Part shown: piece after piece, positions 8,830 to 18,149 of the stretch
How positions within the stretch are numbered: position 1 is the stretch's first letter
How the letters are laid out: each line of letters starts with the position of its first letter
IMG/VR virus record: IMGVR_UViG_3300020462_000001
Span: 26,535-90,534 of that record
DNA length: 64,000 nucleotides
Reading direction: 5' to 3' (one strand)
From: a virus
The notes under the pieces: generated by a model
What the model was told of the DNA's origin: nothing
Database searches by the model: none
Seen by the model: only the letters and a program-made list of their open reading frames with translations
Translations under genes and position numbers: made by a program

Positions 8830-10095
8830 CTACTTTTTCTTATTCTTATTTATGAAACTCTTAATATCATAACCCTTATATGGCTTTGCACCATCTTGAA
8901 GGTTAGTAGGTTCACCCTTCTCAAAACCAGGAGTTAGTTTTGCAATTCTCTTGAAGTTACCAGAAGTTCCAACCAAAGTATTTGGATGAGACTTATCTCT
9001 CATCTCACTATCCATCTTAACTTCAGTATATTCTTTAAGATCTTTCACCCAAGACTTGAACATAATATTATCTTCTGTTACACAGATGAGGTAGTTAGTT
9101 CCTCTACGAACAATTTTACCTACTAATCCAGTGTTCAGGTTCTCAACTAAAGTATTCAAGTTGAAAATCTTTTTAGTTACATAGTTCTCACGAAGATTTC
9201 TCCAGTCAAACTTAGGTGCAATCTCCCAGAGACTCCACGATTCTGTCGTAACTTTCATTGCCTTACGAACAGTATTCATGATAGACTTCGCTGTCTTATC
9301 ATCTACAGTGTCTGGAATACCAGTCCTAAACGTCTCAAAATCATTCTCTGATGCTGCCTTTCTCATCTTAGATGCAGACATTCCTTCTACACCTTCACCT
9401 TCTGCATCTCTCTCACCAGCTGAAATGGTTTCAATGTTTCCAAAGTCATACAACTTACCATTGTATTTCTGAGCCAAACTATCAAACTCAGATACTCTAT
9501 CAGATCCAACTACGATCTGAACATCAGAATATCCTTCTGCATCTGCTGACTTGAGAGCATCAAATACAGTAACAATCCCTTCATCATTGATGATATCATC
9601 AGCATGATCAGGGAACATCTGTTTCATCAAAGAAGTCTTTTGATTAGGATCAAGTGGATTCTTCTTAGGATCAAATGATCTGGAAGGATAGATTTTCAAA
9701 TCACCCTTAGCAACAGACCTCGCTTGATCTAATAACTTCTGATGACCAACAGTTGGTGGATTGAACCTACCAAATACTATTGTCAACGTCTCTCCACTTC
9801 TATCTCCACCCGATTCTTCTTCACCACTACCAGCTGGTGTCTCTTCTTCTGAGGATGATCTCTTACTTGCACCCTCATCATCACTTTTAACTACTCTTTG
9901 TATACCACTTTCTTCCTGACCACCAGTTGACTTCCTATCAGTGAACACAAGTTCCCCACCTTGTGTTCTTGCTTTAACATTTCCACCACGATCTACCCAG
10001 TTACCACTACCATCAGAAGTAAGACCCAACTTTCTTGCTTTCTCTGATGCTCTTGTGACTCTCGCTTCTGATAAAAAATTAAAGAAGTCTTTCAT
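8830..10095 (-). CDS. cytidylyltransferase-like (HIGH-family nucleotidyltransferase) protein with N-terminal extension
   Basis: FGRFNPPTVGH, KNPL, VVGSDRV, SAGERD, MSASKMR; late promoter at 10118-10124. Confidence 0.85.
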   Translation of the reverse strand: MKDFFNFLSEARVTRASEKARKLGLTSDGSGNWVDRGGNVKARTQGGELVFTDRKSTGGQEESGIQRVVKSDDEGASKRSSSEEETPAGSGEEESGGDRSGETLTIVFGRFNPPTVGHQKLLDQARSVAKGDLKIYPSRSFDPKKNPLDPNQKTSLMKQMFPDHADDIINDEGIVTVFDALKSADAEGYSDVQIVVGSDRVSEFDSLAQKYNGKLYDFGNIETISAGERDAEGEGVEGMSASKMRKAASENDFETFRTGIPDTVDDKTAKSIMNTVRKAMKVTTESWSLWEIAPKFDWRNLRENYVTKKIFNLNTLVENLNTGLVGKIVRRGTNYLICVTEDNIMFKSWVKDLKEYTEVKMDSEMRDKSHPNTLVGTSGNFKRIAKLTPGFEKGEPTNLQDGAKPYKGYDIKSFINKNKKK

Positions 10096-10123
10096 TTGAC
10101 AATATTATCCATAGAAGTATTTA

Positions 10124-10816
10124 TCAGACAAAATGTTTTCTGAGTTTACCCATAGATTTCTTCTCAATAAGGTGAATCATAGCGTAACTTACACCAAAGA
10201 TCTTACCACATTCTCGTTGTGATTTGGCATAGAAACCATCAAGACCATAACGATGACACATAACACTATACTCACGTTCTGTGAGAACTTCTTTCATTTG
10301 ATCCTTGACAATCTCTAACTCACAATCAAGTTCAGTGTAGTATTCATCAGATACCAAGTCCTCAAGAGTAGAGTTGTCACCAATTGACCTATTGAGAGAC
10401 ATCACAAAAGGAAGAGAGTTCTTGAGTTTAAGATGTTCTTCTGGATTACTCTTCTCCAACTTACGAAGCTTCTCTTTTACATGGGAAGGAATACGAACTT
10501 TACCATGATTATTGGTGTGAAACTTACTCACATAACAATAGATCCAATAGTAGGAATAGGTGGAGAACCTACAACCTTCTTTCGGATCAAACTTACGAAT
10601 TGCTTTCAGTAACCCAATCACACCCTCTTGGAACATATCCTCAAAAGAATATTGTTCATTCCTACAATACATCTTCTTGGTAACTTTACTTACCAGACCA
10701 AGATTATGCGTAACCATCCTCTCCAAAGATCGATCACATCCTTGTTGTGCTTCCTTACACAGTTCAATTTCTTCAACGTGGGAAAGTCGTTTGGTCTTCA
10801 TTAAGGGGATCAACAT
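10124..10816 (-). CDS. phage-encoded sigma70-family RNA polymerase sigma factor
   Basis: Region 2 HNLGLV...DMFQEGVIGLLKAIRKFDP..G.RFSTY; region 3 SLNRSIG; region 4 LTERE..V..RYGL HTH. Confidence 0.9.
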   Translation of the reverse strand: MLIPLMKTKRLSHVEEIELCKEAQQGCDRSLERMVTHNLGLVSKVTKKMYCRNEQYSFEDMFQEGVIGLLKAIRKFDPKEGCRFSTYSYYWIYCYVSKFHTNNHGKVRIPSHVKEKLRKLEKSNPEEHLKLKNSLPFVMSLNRSIGDNSTLEDLVSDEYYTELDCELEIVKDQMKEVLTEREYSVMCHRYGLDGFYAKSQRECGKIFGVSYAMIHLIEKKSMGKLRKHFV

Positions 10817-10831
10817 GTTTACTATACTAAT

Positions 10832-10860
10832 AGTATACCGCGGTTTTACCCCAATGTCAA
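10832..10860 (-). promoter_or_regulatory. early sigma70-type promoter for the phage sigma factor
   Basis: TTGACA-N17-TATACT. Confidence 0.85.
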
Positions 10861-10862
10861 CG

Positions 10863-12836
10863 TCAGATGGACAGATCTCTAAGTGACCTCTTCAACCTCT
10901 CAATCATAAACCTACCAGTTTCCAATGACTCAGAAAGAATCTTCTTGAATTCTTTATTTTTCAAGAATCTGTCAGCAAATCCACCATTCTTTTTGATATG
11001 ATCAATCAACGTTGACTTTGCTGCACCATCATTCTGTTGATCAAATGCAGCCTGACTACCCATCTCTCTTGCATCTCTCCAAACTTGAGAAAGTCTTGCT
11101 CTACCTGCCTCATCTTGATCCATCAATGTGGATACAAATGCAGAATAAACCTTGTCATCTAACTTTCCTTGATTACCTCTGCCAGATTTCTTCTTCATAT
11201 AACCACCAAGATCAAGTTCTTTGATCATCTCATAACCAATTCTATTCTTGACCTTAGGAAGTGACACTCCCTTAGTCTTACCAAACTTACCAATATTGCT
11301 GTTGATAGTCTTTGCAATCTTTCTATCATTCTCTGAATACAGATCAAACAATTCAGAAGTTGCACTCTCTGACAACTTACCATTTTCCATGAACAGAGAA
11401 TTGACAAGTCTGGCCTTATCATTAACAGTATTAGATTCTTCAGTCAGAGCATCTCTCGTTTCATAATCCTCATCAGTAAAGTCCTTAAGTTTATCAACTT
11501 CGGTCTTATACCACTCATCCATACCCTTATCGAGTTTGGTTTGATTGAGGTTCGATGCTGTCAAGATAAAGTTATCAACATTCTCACGTTGATCTTTCAT
11601 CTCCTGTGTTGGAGCTCCATCATCTTTATTGTTAAATCCTCTCACATGTTCCAGATCTGTAGCATTCAAGTCAAGATCTGCACCACTATAACCATCCTTA
11701 CCACCTTGTTGTAAGAATAGTTTTGCAACCATCAAACCACGCAATCTTCCATTTGCAACACCATTTGTCTTACCAGTCAACTTGCCTCTCAGTTGATTGC
11801 CATCTTTATCAATACCTAATGAGTGTCCAGTGTAGCTGTCAGATATCTTACCTGCACCTTGAAAATTGCTCCTCAGTTTTTGTGGAAGTGCATCAAAGAA
11901 TATCTCAGCTTCTTCATCAGTTACTTCAATAGCTCTAGTGGACTCTACAAACTCTTTAATTGTTTCAGGACTACCATCACCATATCCTTCTTGTAGTCTT
12001 TTTCTATTTGATTCTAGAAGTTCATAATCAACTTTACCTAATGCATTTTTACCTGCACCAGAATTAATTCTACCAGTATAACCATAAGCTAAGGACAGGG
12101 CATTAACAAAGGACTTCTTTTTATCAGGATCTTCAATCTTACCGATAGCTTCTTTAATATCGTTAATCCTTTTTTCCTGTTGCTTCGTCACTTCGCCAAG
12201 CTTTTCTTTATATTCACTTGTTACTTTTTCTACTTCATCATCTAGATCAAGGTCAGCATCTTCTTTTTCTTTTTCAGCAACTTTATCCTCAATTGTAGGG
12301 AAGTCTTCTGGTTTCTTTTCTGGTGCCTCTTCAGTTGCCTGAGGTTCTTCAGTAGGTTCCTCTTCTGCAGGAGGCTCTTCTTCAACAGCAGCAGCCGCGG
12401 CAGCCTGTTGATTTGCCATAGCAACCAGTGTGTTAGCTGCTCTCTTTACTTCCTTCTGTCTTTCTGGTGTTACCTTTCTACCACCAGTAAATTCTTTTGC
12501 CTTTTTCTCGGCATACTCTTGATCACTTATACCATCAGGAATCTGAGGAAGTGCAGTAGGTGTTGCCTGTGCACCAGAAGCATCTTGACTAAACTGGTCT
12601 AATGACTTTTTCTCAGCTTCTGTTTCTGCTTGTCCTGCAGGGGAGTTTGCCATTCTGTCTGGGAGATCATAAGGCTCCAGTCTATCACCTACATTCTTAT
12701 ATCTCTTCTGAGTTTTGGGATCGATATAAACACCACGAGCCTGGTGTGAATAACCAAGCTCTGATGCCTTTTCGGCTCCTTTACTTTCTTGGAGAGATCT
12801 TACATGTTTGAAATACTTAAATACATCTCTCGTCAT
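10863..12836 (-). CDS. large late protein with central HNH (His-Me finger) nuclease motif
   Basis: DGYSG...DLEHV...NVDNFILTASNLNQTK; N-terminal domain resembles that of 8830..10095. Confidence 0.65.
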   Translation of the reverse strand: MTRDVFKYFKHVRSLQESKGAEKASELGYSHQARGVYIDPKTQKRYKNVGDRLEPYDLPDRMANSPAGQAETEAEKKSLDQFSQDASGAQATPTALPQIPDGISDQEYAEKKAKEFTGGRKVTPERQKEVKRAANTLVAMANQQAAAAAAVEEEPPAEEEPTEEPQATEEAPEKKPEDFPTIEDKVAEKEKEDADLDLDDEVEKVTSEYKEKLGEVTKQQEKRINDIKEAIGKIEDPDKKKSFVNALSLAYGYTGRINSGAGKNALGKVDYELLESNRKRLQEGYGDGSPETIKEFVESTRAIEVTDEEAEIFFDALPQKLRSNFQGAGKISDSYTGHSLGIDKDGNQLRGKLTGKTNGVANGRLRGLMVAKLFLQQGGKDGYSGADLDLNATDLEHVRGFNNKDDGAPTQEMKDQRENVDNFILTASNLNQTKLDKGMDEWYKTEVDKLKDFTDEDYETRDALTEESNTVNDKARLVNSLFMENGKLSESATSELFDLYSENDRKIAKTINSNIGKFGKTKGVSLPKVKNRIGYEMIKELDLGGYMKKKSGRGNQGKLDDKVYSAFVSTLMDQDEAGRARLSQVWRDAREMGSQAAFDQQNDGAAKSTLIDHIKKNGGFADRFLKNKEFKKILSESLETGRFMIERLKRSLRDLSI

Positions 12837-12839
12837 TGA

Positions 12840-13925
12840 TCAACCTTCCCAGGAATTAACAATCTCTTCGATACGAGCCAGTTCAGCTTCAGAGAATTCT
12901 ACACCCTCTTTCTTCATCTTCTTGCCAAATCTCATGGCTTGTTGACGTTGATACTGCTTTTCAATCTTTTTCTCGTCACGTCCATACTTCTTGGACTTGC
13001 CTTGTTCGATTGATTCTTTGTCAGCAGCACGGCCGATCTGTCTATCGATCTTGGTTTGCTTTTCTTTATTGATAGGAATGAAACCTTCAGTCTCAATTTC
13101 CTCTTTCTTCATGTTCTTGGCAATGGCCTTACGTCTCTTGGCGAGAAACTCATCAGAAGAATCCTTATCACCATCATTATCGATGTCTCCATCTTCCTTA
13201 CCTACGGGATCAAGTTTCTTCTCATAGATGGCTGCGTATGCATCACCCCAACCCTGTCTCAGAGAAGAATCACCTTCCTCCATAGAACCACGAGTTCTCT
13301 CAGCCTTATCATGATCGAAGTTCTTATCCTTCATAGGATCATAAGTCTTTGACTTACCACCAGCATACTTCTTCTTCATTCTATCAGCGTAAGCCTGAGG
13401 TGCTTCACCAGGCTTTCTAGCTTCAATGAGATCAGAGATCATCTCAATCAAACCACGTTTGATATTCTCTCTATCTTCATGAATCAAAGCTGCGTGAAGT
13501 TTCTGATTACCAACTTCATGAGAAACTCTGTTGTTCCACTTCTCAGTCAGAGGCTTATTCTGACGATACTTAAGGAACTCTTCCTCACAGTTTCTTTCAG
13601 CCTTATCGGTTACGGTACCAATTACAGTTTCAAATGCTTCTACAATCTGAGTGATCTTACTATCTCTCAACGAAGAAGAGACACCTTTAGATTCTTCTAA
13701 AACAGATTTAACAACACTACAAGCCTCTTCAAGATCAAGACCATACTGGAAAAGACCTTCTACAATTTCTTCACAAACTTCAACCAAATCAGACTCAAGC
13801 ATTTGGCCCAAGTTCATCCCACTGATTTGATCTCTGGCTTGTGTAAGTTCTTCGCTAATAGTATCATCATGTACAGCAGAGTATGCCTTATACAGATCTC
13901 TCATATCTTGCATGGTTTCGGCCAA
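12840..13925 (-). CDS. acidic/basic late protein, probable head internal protein, with DxDxDG motif
   Basis: TATAAATA at 13944-13951; LDPVGKEDGDIDNDGDKD module; many x-x-E sites. Confidence 0.6.
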   Translation of the reverse strand: MAETMQDMRDLYKAYSAVHDDTISEELTQARDQISGMNLGQMLESDLVEVCEEIVEGLFQYGLDLEEACSVVKSVLEESKGVSSSLRDSKITQIVEAFETVIGTVTDKAERNCEEEFLKYRQNKPLTEKWNNRVSHEVGNQKLHAALIHEDRENIKRGLIEMISDLIEARKPGEAPQAYADRMKKKYAGGKSKTYDPMKDKNFDHDKAERTRGSMEEGDSSLRQGWGDAYAAIYEKKLDPVGKEDGDIDNDGDKDSSDEFLAKRRKAIAKNMKKEEIETEGFIPINKEKQTKIDRQIGRAADKESIEQGKSKKYGRDEKKIEKQYQRQQAMRFGKKMKKEGVEFSEAELARIEEIVNSWEG

Positions 13926-13938
13926 ATAAAATCTATTA

Positions 13939-14145
13939 TTAGTTATTTATATCTTCTAGGATTTCCTTTTCATTTTGATAAGGAACTTCCTTTCCACTAT
14001 AAATGTCCCATCCTTTTTTAAGTTCTGGAACTAACCATACATCCCATTCTTTCATGCACTGCTGTCTGTTGAAATCATTACTATTACACATACCCAACAC
14101 TAAGATGAACATATTAATTATTTTAAGGATAATCGATATGTCCAT
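13939..14145 (-). CDS. hypothetical protein with hydrophobic N-terminus
   Basis: ORF track; in the minus-strand gene chain. Confidence 0.55.
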   Translation of the reverse strand: MDISIILKIINMFILVLGMCNSNDFNRQQCMKEWDVWLVPELKKGWDIYSGKEVPYQNEKEILEDINN

Positions 14146-14302
14146 CTTGATTCCAAACTAACTGATGTGCCATTTGATCTCTCAACTGATTGATTCTTAC
14201 CTCATCATATTTTTGAAAGTTTCCTCTCTTCTCTACTTTCTTATAGTAATGAAGAGCATTAGTGATGATAGTGTAATCATCCATTGAAAGATCAAATTTC
14301 AT
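14123..14302 (-). CDS. 59-aa hypothetical protein (not in ORF track)
   Basis: Manual translation MKFDLSMDDYTIITNALHYYKKVEKRGNFQKYDEVRINQLRDQMAHQLVWNQDGHIDYP; ATGA overlap with upstream stop. Confidence 0.7.
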   Translation of the reverse strand: MKFDLSMDDYTIITNALHYYKKVEKRGNFQKYDEVRINQLRDQMAHQLVWNQDGHIDYP

Positions 14303-14556
14303 AAATCAACTCCAACACTCGAAGTACCAACAACTCTTGTGACACTATCTAGGGTACCTTCTCTAACATGTTTCAGATGAAATCTCATCATTTCAATCAC
14401 ATTATCTCTATGCATCCCTGTGATTCCATGTTGGATATCATAACCTTCGATTGTATATGATGACCACAATCCATATCTGGTTTCCCAAACATGAAATGTC
14501 TCATCAATTAGTGATTCATTCTTCCGTTGATTCTTCATTCTTTTTATTGAATCCAA
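14299..14556 (-). CDS. hypothetical protein
   Basis: ORF track; ends in VG.DL pattern; in the overlapping chain. Confidence 0.65.
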   Translation of the reverse strand: MDSIKRMKNQRKNESLIDETFHVWETRYGLWSSYTIEGYDIQHGITGMHRDNVIEMMRFHLKHVREGTLDSVTRVVGTSSVGVDL

Positions 14557-14734
14557 AGGGGCCTTCTTTTTCTTCTTCTTTCTTGAACTGCATCGCTACA
14601 GCTCCAAGTGATTCCATAACCTTGAGAATATCTTCTGTTTTGGCACCTTCACCAAGTTCTTTGGCAACATACCAATACTTACTCCAGAAGTGTTCTCCAG
14701 CCTTCTGGTAGTCTTCAAGTGTTAATACTTTCAT
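14516..14734 (-). CDS. conserved cyanophage hypothetical protein
   Basis: ATGA-coupled to mazG; FW.KYWYVAKELGE.AK.EDILKVME. Confidence 0.75.
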   Translation of the reverse strand: MKVLTLEDYQKAGEHFWSKYWYVAKELGEGAKTEDILKVMESLGAVAMQFKKEEEKEGPFGFNKKNEESTEE

Positions 14735-15135
14735 AGGTCTCCTTCTTTACGATTTTCAGACTGGTGAACATCAAACTCTCCACCAGGATAACGAGACTTC
14801 AGTTTATCCACATTCATCTCAATGATTTCATCAAGTGATACATTCAATCCCATACAGGCTTGTGCAACATACCACATAACATCACCCAACTCACGCTTCA
14901 GGTGGAACAGATTCTCTTCTGTCACAGGCTTACCTTGGAATACAATCTTCTTCACAACCTCAGTAAACTCACCTGCCTCTGCTGACATTCCTACAGCAGC
15001 AGTCAGAAGTCGATGTGTTTCAAATCCTTCACCCCTCAGTTCTTGAATACGATACTCAAAAGCATCTTCATCTTTACTAGGTTGAGATGTAACGGCATTT
15101 ACAAACTCAAGATATGCATCAGTATTTACAGTCAT
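14731..15135 (-). CDS. mazG: MazG-family nucleotide pyrophosphohydrolase
   Basis: AEAGEFTEVVKK...KRELGDVMWY...NVDKL..RYP. Confidence 0.92.
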   Translation of the reverse strand: MTVNTDAYLEFVNAVTSQPSKDEDAFEYRIQELRGEGFETHRLLTAAVGMSAEAGEFTEVVKKIVFQGKPVTEENLFHLKRELGDVMWYVAQACMGLNVSLDEIIEMNVDKLKSRYPGGEFDVHQSENRKEGDL

Positions 15136-16508
15136 TAGAATTTAAATCCCTCAAATGATTTCTTAGGTTTATCATCGTTATTATACTCTTCGTCTTGTTT
15201 GTTGTCAAGAAGATCATCCTGTGCAGACTGTTCACAATCATACAGTCTCATCTTTGCTCTGTCAATACCAACAACAAACCTCTTACAAAGGTTTGCGTCA
15301 TTGTATCGATTCTTCAATTGCTTCACCAATATCTGTCCCAACTCTTCAAGCTCATCTGTTGAAATAAGGGCAAACATAAGATCAGCAGTAGCAGGGAGAC
15401 CAAAGGACTCAGAAGTATCAGTAAGCTCAACATCAGAGCTACCATAACCAGAACGAGTGGTCTGGGTGGCAGATACGACAGGTACGTTCGCTTCGACAGC
15501 GAGGCCTCGAAGTTCTTCAGCAATAGACTTGACAATTGTATATGAATTGACACTACCTCCACCGCGATACCGCGAGGAAGCACATATATTAAGGTAATCA
15601 ATGAAAATAATATCAGGTCTAAATGACTTCTTAAGTGCAAGCTCATTAAGAAGTGCCGAAAAATGTCCACTATGTGCACTCGCAGTTGGGTATTCTTTAA
15701 TGATAAGTGTGCCTTGAGTCTTCTGTGATAGATTGTTTACCTTTGTTTCAAAGGTTTGTTTAGGAAGTTCACCTATGTCCTGAATATTTACATTCAATAG
15801 ATTGGCATCAATCCTTTCTGCAATCTTCTCTTCTGCCATCTCCAAAGTAATATACAATACATTCTTACCAGAAAGAAGAACAGAAGAAGCCATATGACAC
15901 ATAAACAAAGACTTGCCGACACCAGTCCCAGCAAGGGCAATGTTAAGTGTTTTATTAGGTAACCCACCTTTTGTGATCTTATTGAAGTATTCCAGATCGA
16001 AAGGAATTCTATTCTCTTTCCTATGATAAGATTCGAATCTTTCTTCATAGTCTAAAAGGTAATCGTGTCCAACATGATTATCAAAACTAACTGCAAGTGC
16101 ATCAGAAAGAATGGCTGGAATAGCATCAGGGTTCTTGTCCTTACTCTGTCCATCAGCAATACCAATAGATTCAACCAAAGCCAGATAGATTGCTCTATCT
16201 CTACACCACTTCTCGGTAGTATTACATAACCACTCAAACTCAGCAGGTTCATCGTTTAAGTGACTGATAAGATGTGTAATTGATTTGAATTGTTGTTCAT
16301 TGATATCCTTTCGTTTACCAACTTCAATACTCAGAACTTCTTTTGTGGGTACATTGTTGTACTCATTAACAAAGTTTGAGATCTCATCGAATACAACCTT
16401 CTGGTCATTGTCTTCGAAGAAATCTTCTTGCAAAAAGGGGATAACCTTTCTAAGGTACTCTTCATTGTGAAGTAGATTACGAAGGATAAGAAACTCAATT
16501 TCATTCAT
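15135..16508 (-). CDS. gp41: replicative DNA helicase (T4 gp41)
   Basis: AGTGVGKS Walker A, TLEMAEE, DYLNI, SATQTTR, SESFGLPATAD, QLKNRY. Confidence 0.97.
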   Translation of the reverse strand: MNEIEFLILRNLLHNEEYLRKVIPFLQEDFFEDNDQKVVFDEISNFVNEYNNVPTKEVLSIEVGKRKDINEQQFKSITHLISHLNDEPAEFEWLCNTTEKWCRDRAIYLALVESIGIADGQSKDKNPDAIPAILSDALAVSFDNHVGHDYLLDYEERFESYHRKENRIPFDLEYFNKITKGGLPNKTLNIALAGTGVGKSLFMCHMASSVLLSGKNVLYITLEMAEEKIAERIDANLLNVNIQDIGELPKQTFETKVNNLSQKTQGTLIIKEYPTASAHSGHFSALLNELALKKSFRPDIIFIDYLNICASSRYRGGGSVNSYTIVKSIAEELRGLAVEANVPVVSATQTTRSGYGSSDVELTDTSESFGLPATADLMFALISTDELEELGQILVKQLKNRYNDANLCKRFVVGIDRAKMRLYDCEQSAQDDLLDNKQDEEYNNDDKPKKSFEGFKF

Positions 16509-17043
16509 AATGGACGTATGTACTCATAATATACTTCGTTTTGCTAGGTGCCAATCCAGCGTGAGGGTACTCCCACGTGGGAGGGAACACTAATACTTTA
16601 CCACATCTAGGCCGAATATACAACCCACTTTGAGTGAAGTGTGTATCTCCGTCATTATTATTCAAGTAGAAGAGAAAGGCCAAAGCTCTTCTAGCAGTAT
16701 CATATGATGCAACATCTACATGTTCATCAAACCTTTGTTCTCCACCTGGTTCATATCTTTTAATACGAAATTCTTCCAGAGACCTAAGCCTTGGAAGAAA
16801 CTTATTATTGACATCAGAAGCATACATTCCGTATGCTTTCTGAGTATATTTTATCAACAATTCTATTACTTCTGGTTGATGTTGATTTAAGTTGAGTTGA
16901 GTGAAGCATGGTGTGTAATCATTGTTGATATACTCATGTCCACTCTCTGTATTCTCAAATACATCTATCAGTGTTTCACAGAAATCCTTTGGGATAACAT
17001 CATACACTTGAACCATATGAGAATTGTTCTTTTGCAATTTCAT
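16501..17043 (-). CDS. 2OG-Fe(II) oxygenase
   Basis: HVD...LFYLN...FPP.W.YPH...KY; start likely at MVQVY. Confidence 0.88.
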   Translation of the reverse strand: MKLQKNNSHMVQVYDVIPKDFCETLIDVFENTESGHEYINNDYTPCFTQLNLNQHQPEVIELLIKYTQKAYGMYASDVNNKFLPRLRSLEEFRIKRYEPGGEQRFDEHVDVASYDTARRALAFLFYLNNNDGDTHFTQSGLYIRPRCGKVLVFPPTWEYPHAGLAPSKTKYIMSTYVHYE

Positions 17044-18010
17044 CTAACTTTTCTAATACTTCTTGAGTAAAATACGTTTCTGGATCTTTCAGAATAGCTT
17101 TAGCATAAACCTTCTTACCATCAAACTCATAACGACCGGCAACGTTCTTCCATAGTCCACCAAGTTCTCCTAACTCTAGGAGACCATAATACTTATCAAG
17201 GCCCCTTTCATCATAATAAAGACGAACCGTTACATCTTTGTTCTCTTTACTAAGTCTTGACTTTGCTGTTTTAACTTTGATAAGGTTTCCGACAACTTCT
17301 GTTCCATCCTTTTCCTTTTTCTTGCTGAGATAAAGGATCGTAGAAGCGGCATACTTGAGGCCACTGCCTCCTCCCATTTCCTTAGTAGGGACATAAGATC
17401 CGATGACATCGTAGGTGTGATTAGTAACAATCATTGGAATTTTAGCCTGTCCCAACTTCAGGGTTAACATCCTAAATGCACCTTTAACCAACTGAGATTT
17501 GGTCATGTCACGAACTTGTTTGTCGTTAAGTGCGTCAGAAATCTCTTTCTCTGTGGATAACATACCCAAAGAGTCTAAAACAAACATACAGGGTTTGCGA
17601 TCACTTTCAGGTGTCTTTAGATATATATCGACAGCCTGTAATGCCTTCTGTCGAAACTGCTCAATGGTTACAACATTAATAACAACTAATCTACTCAGGT
17701 CAATTCCACGACTCTCAAGAAGAGATTTGTTAACTGCGGCTTCAGTGTCAAAGTACAGACAGTAACCACCAGGATTACTATCCAGAAAATTCTTAACCAC
17801 AGCGAGACTAAAGAAAGTCTTGCCAGTAGAAGACTCACCAGCAATGGCAGTAATCTTATTCCCAGAACAACCACCAAATATACTACCTGACAGAAGTCCG
17901 TTAAGGATGAACGAACCTGAGTCCACGTAAGTTTCTGTTTCGTCGATATCTGATGCGAGTTGTGTGTATTCATCACCAATCTCTTTTACAATCTCTTTTA
18001 AAAAATCCAT
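17000..18010 (-). CDS. uvsX: RecA-like recombinase UvsX
   Basis: GESSTGKT, FDTE, LDSLGML, NHTY, MGGGSG. Confidence 0.96.
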   Translation of the reverse strand: MDFLKEIVKEIGDEYTQLASDIDETETYVDSGSFILNGLLSGSIFGGCSGNKITAIAGESSTGKTFFSLAVVKNFLDSNPGGYCLYFDTEAAVNKSLLESRGIDLSRLVVINVVTIEQFRQKALQAVDIYLKTPESDRKPCMFVLDSLGMLSTEKEISDALNDKQVRDMTKSQLVKGAFRMLTLKLGQAKIPMIVTNHTYDVIGSYVPTKEMGGGSGLKYAASTILYLSKKKEKDGTEVVGNLIKVKTAKSRLSKENKDVTVRLYYDERGLDKYYGLLELGELGGLWKNVAGRYEFDGKKVYAKAILKDPETYFTQEVLEKLDEIAKEQFSYGSSV

Positions 18011-18011
18011 A

Positions 18012-18149
18012 CTAATCAGTTATTTTTAATTTTTCCCAATAGGGAGTTTGACCTTTTGATGCTTTCATCATAGCAATATAAGTCATTACCTCTTCTATAG
18101 AAGAAAGTATTATGGGGGGTTTAATTGGTGAGTGCCAGAGTTTGTACAT
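18012..18149 (-). CDS. 45-aa hypothetical protein (not in ORF track)
   Basis: Manual translation MYKLWHSPIKPPIILSSIEEVMTYIAMMKASKGQTPYWEKLKITD; TAATG overlap with gp43B stop; fills the gap exactly. Confidence 0.55.
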   Translation of the reverse strand: MYKLWHSPIKPPIILSSIEEVMTYIAMMKASKGQTPYWEKLKITD

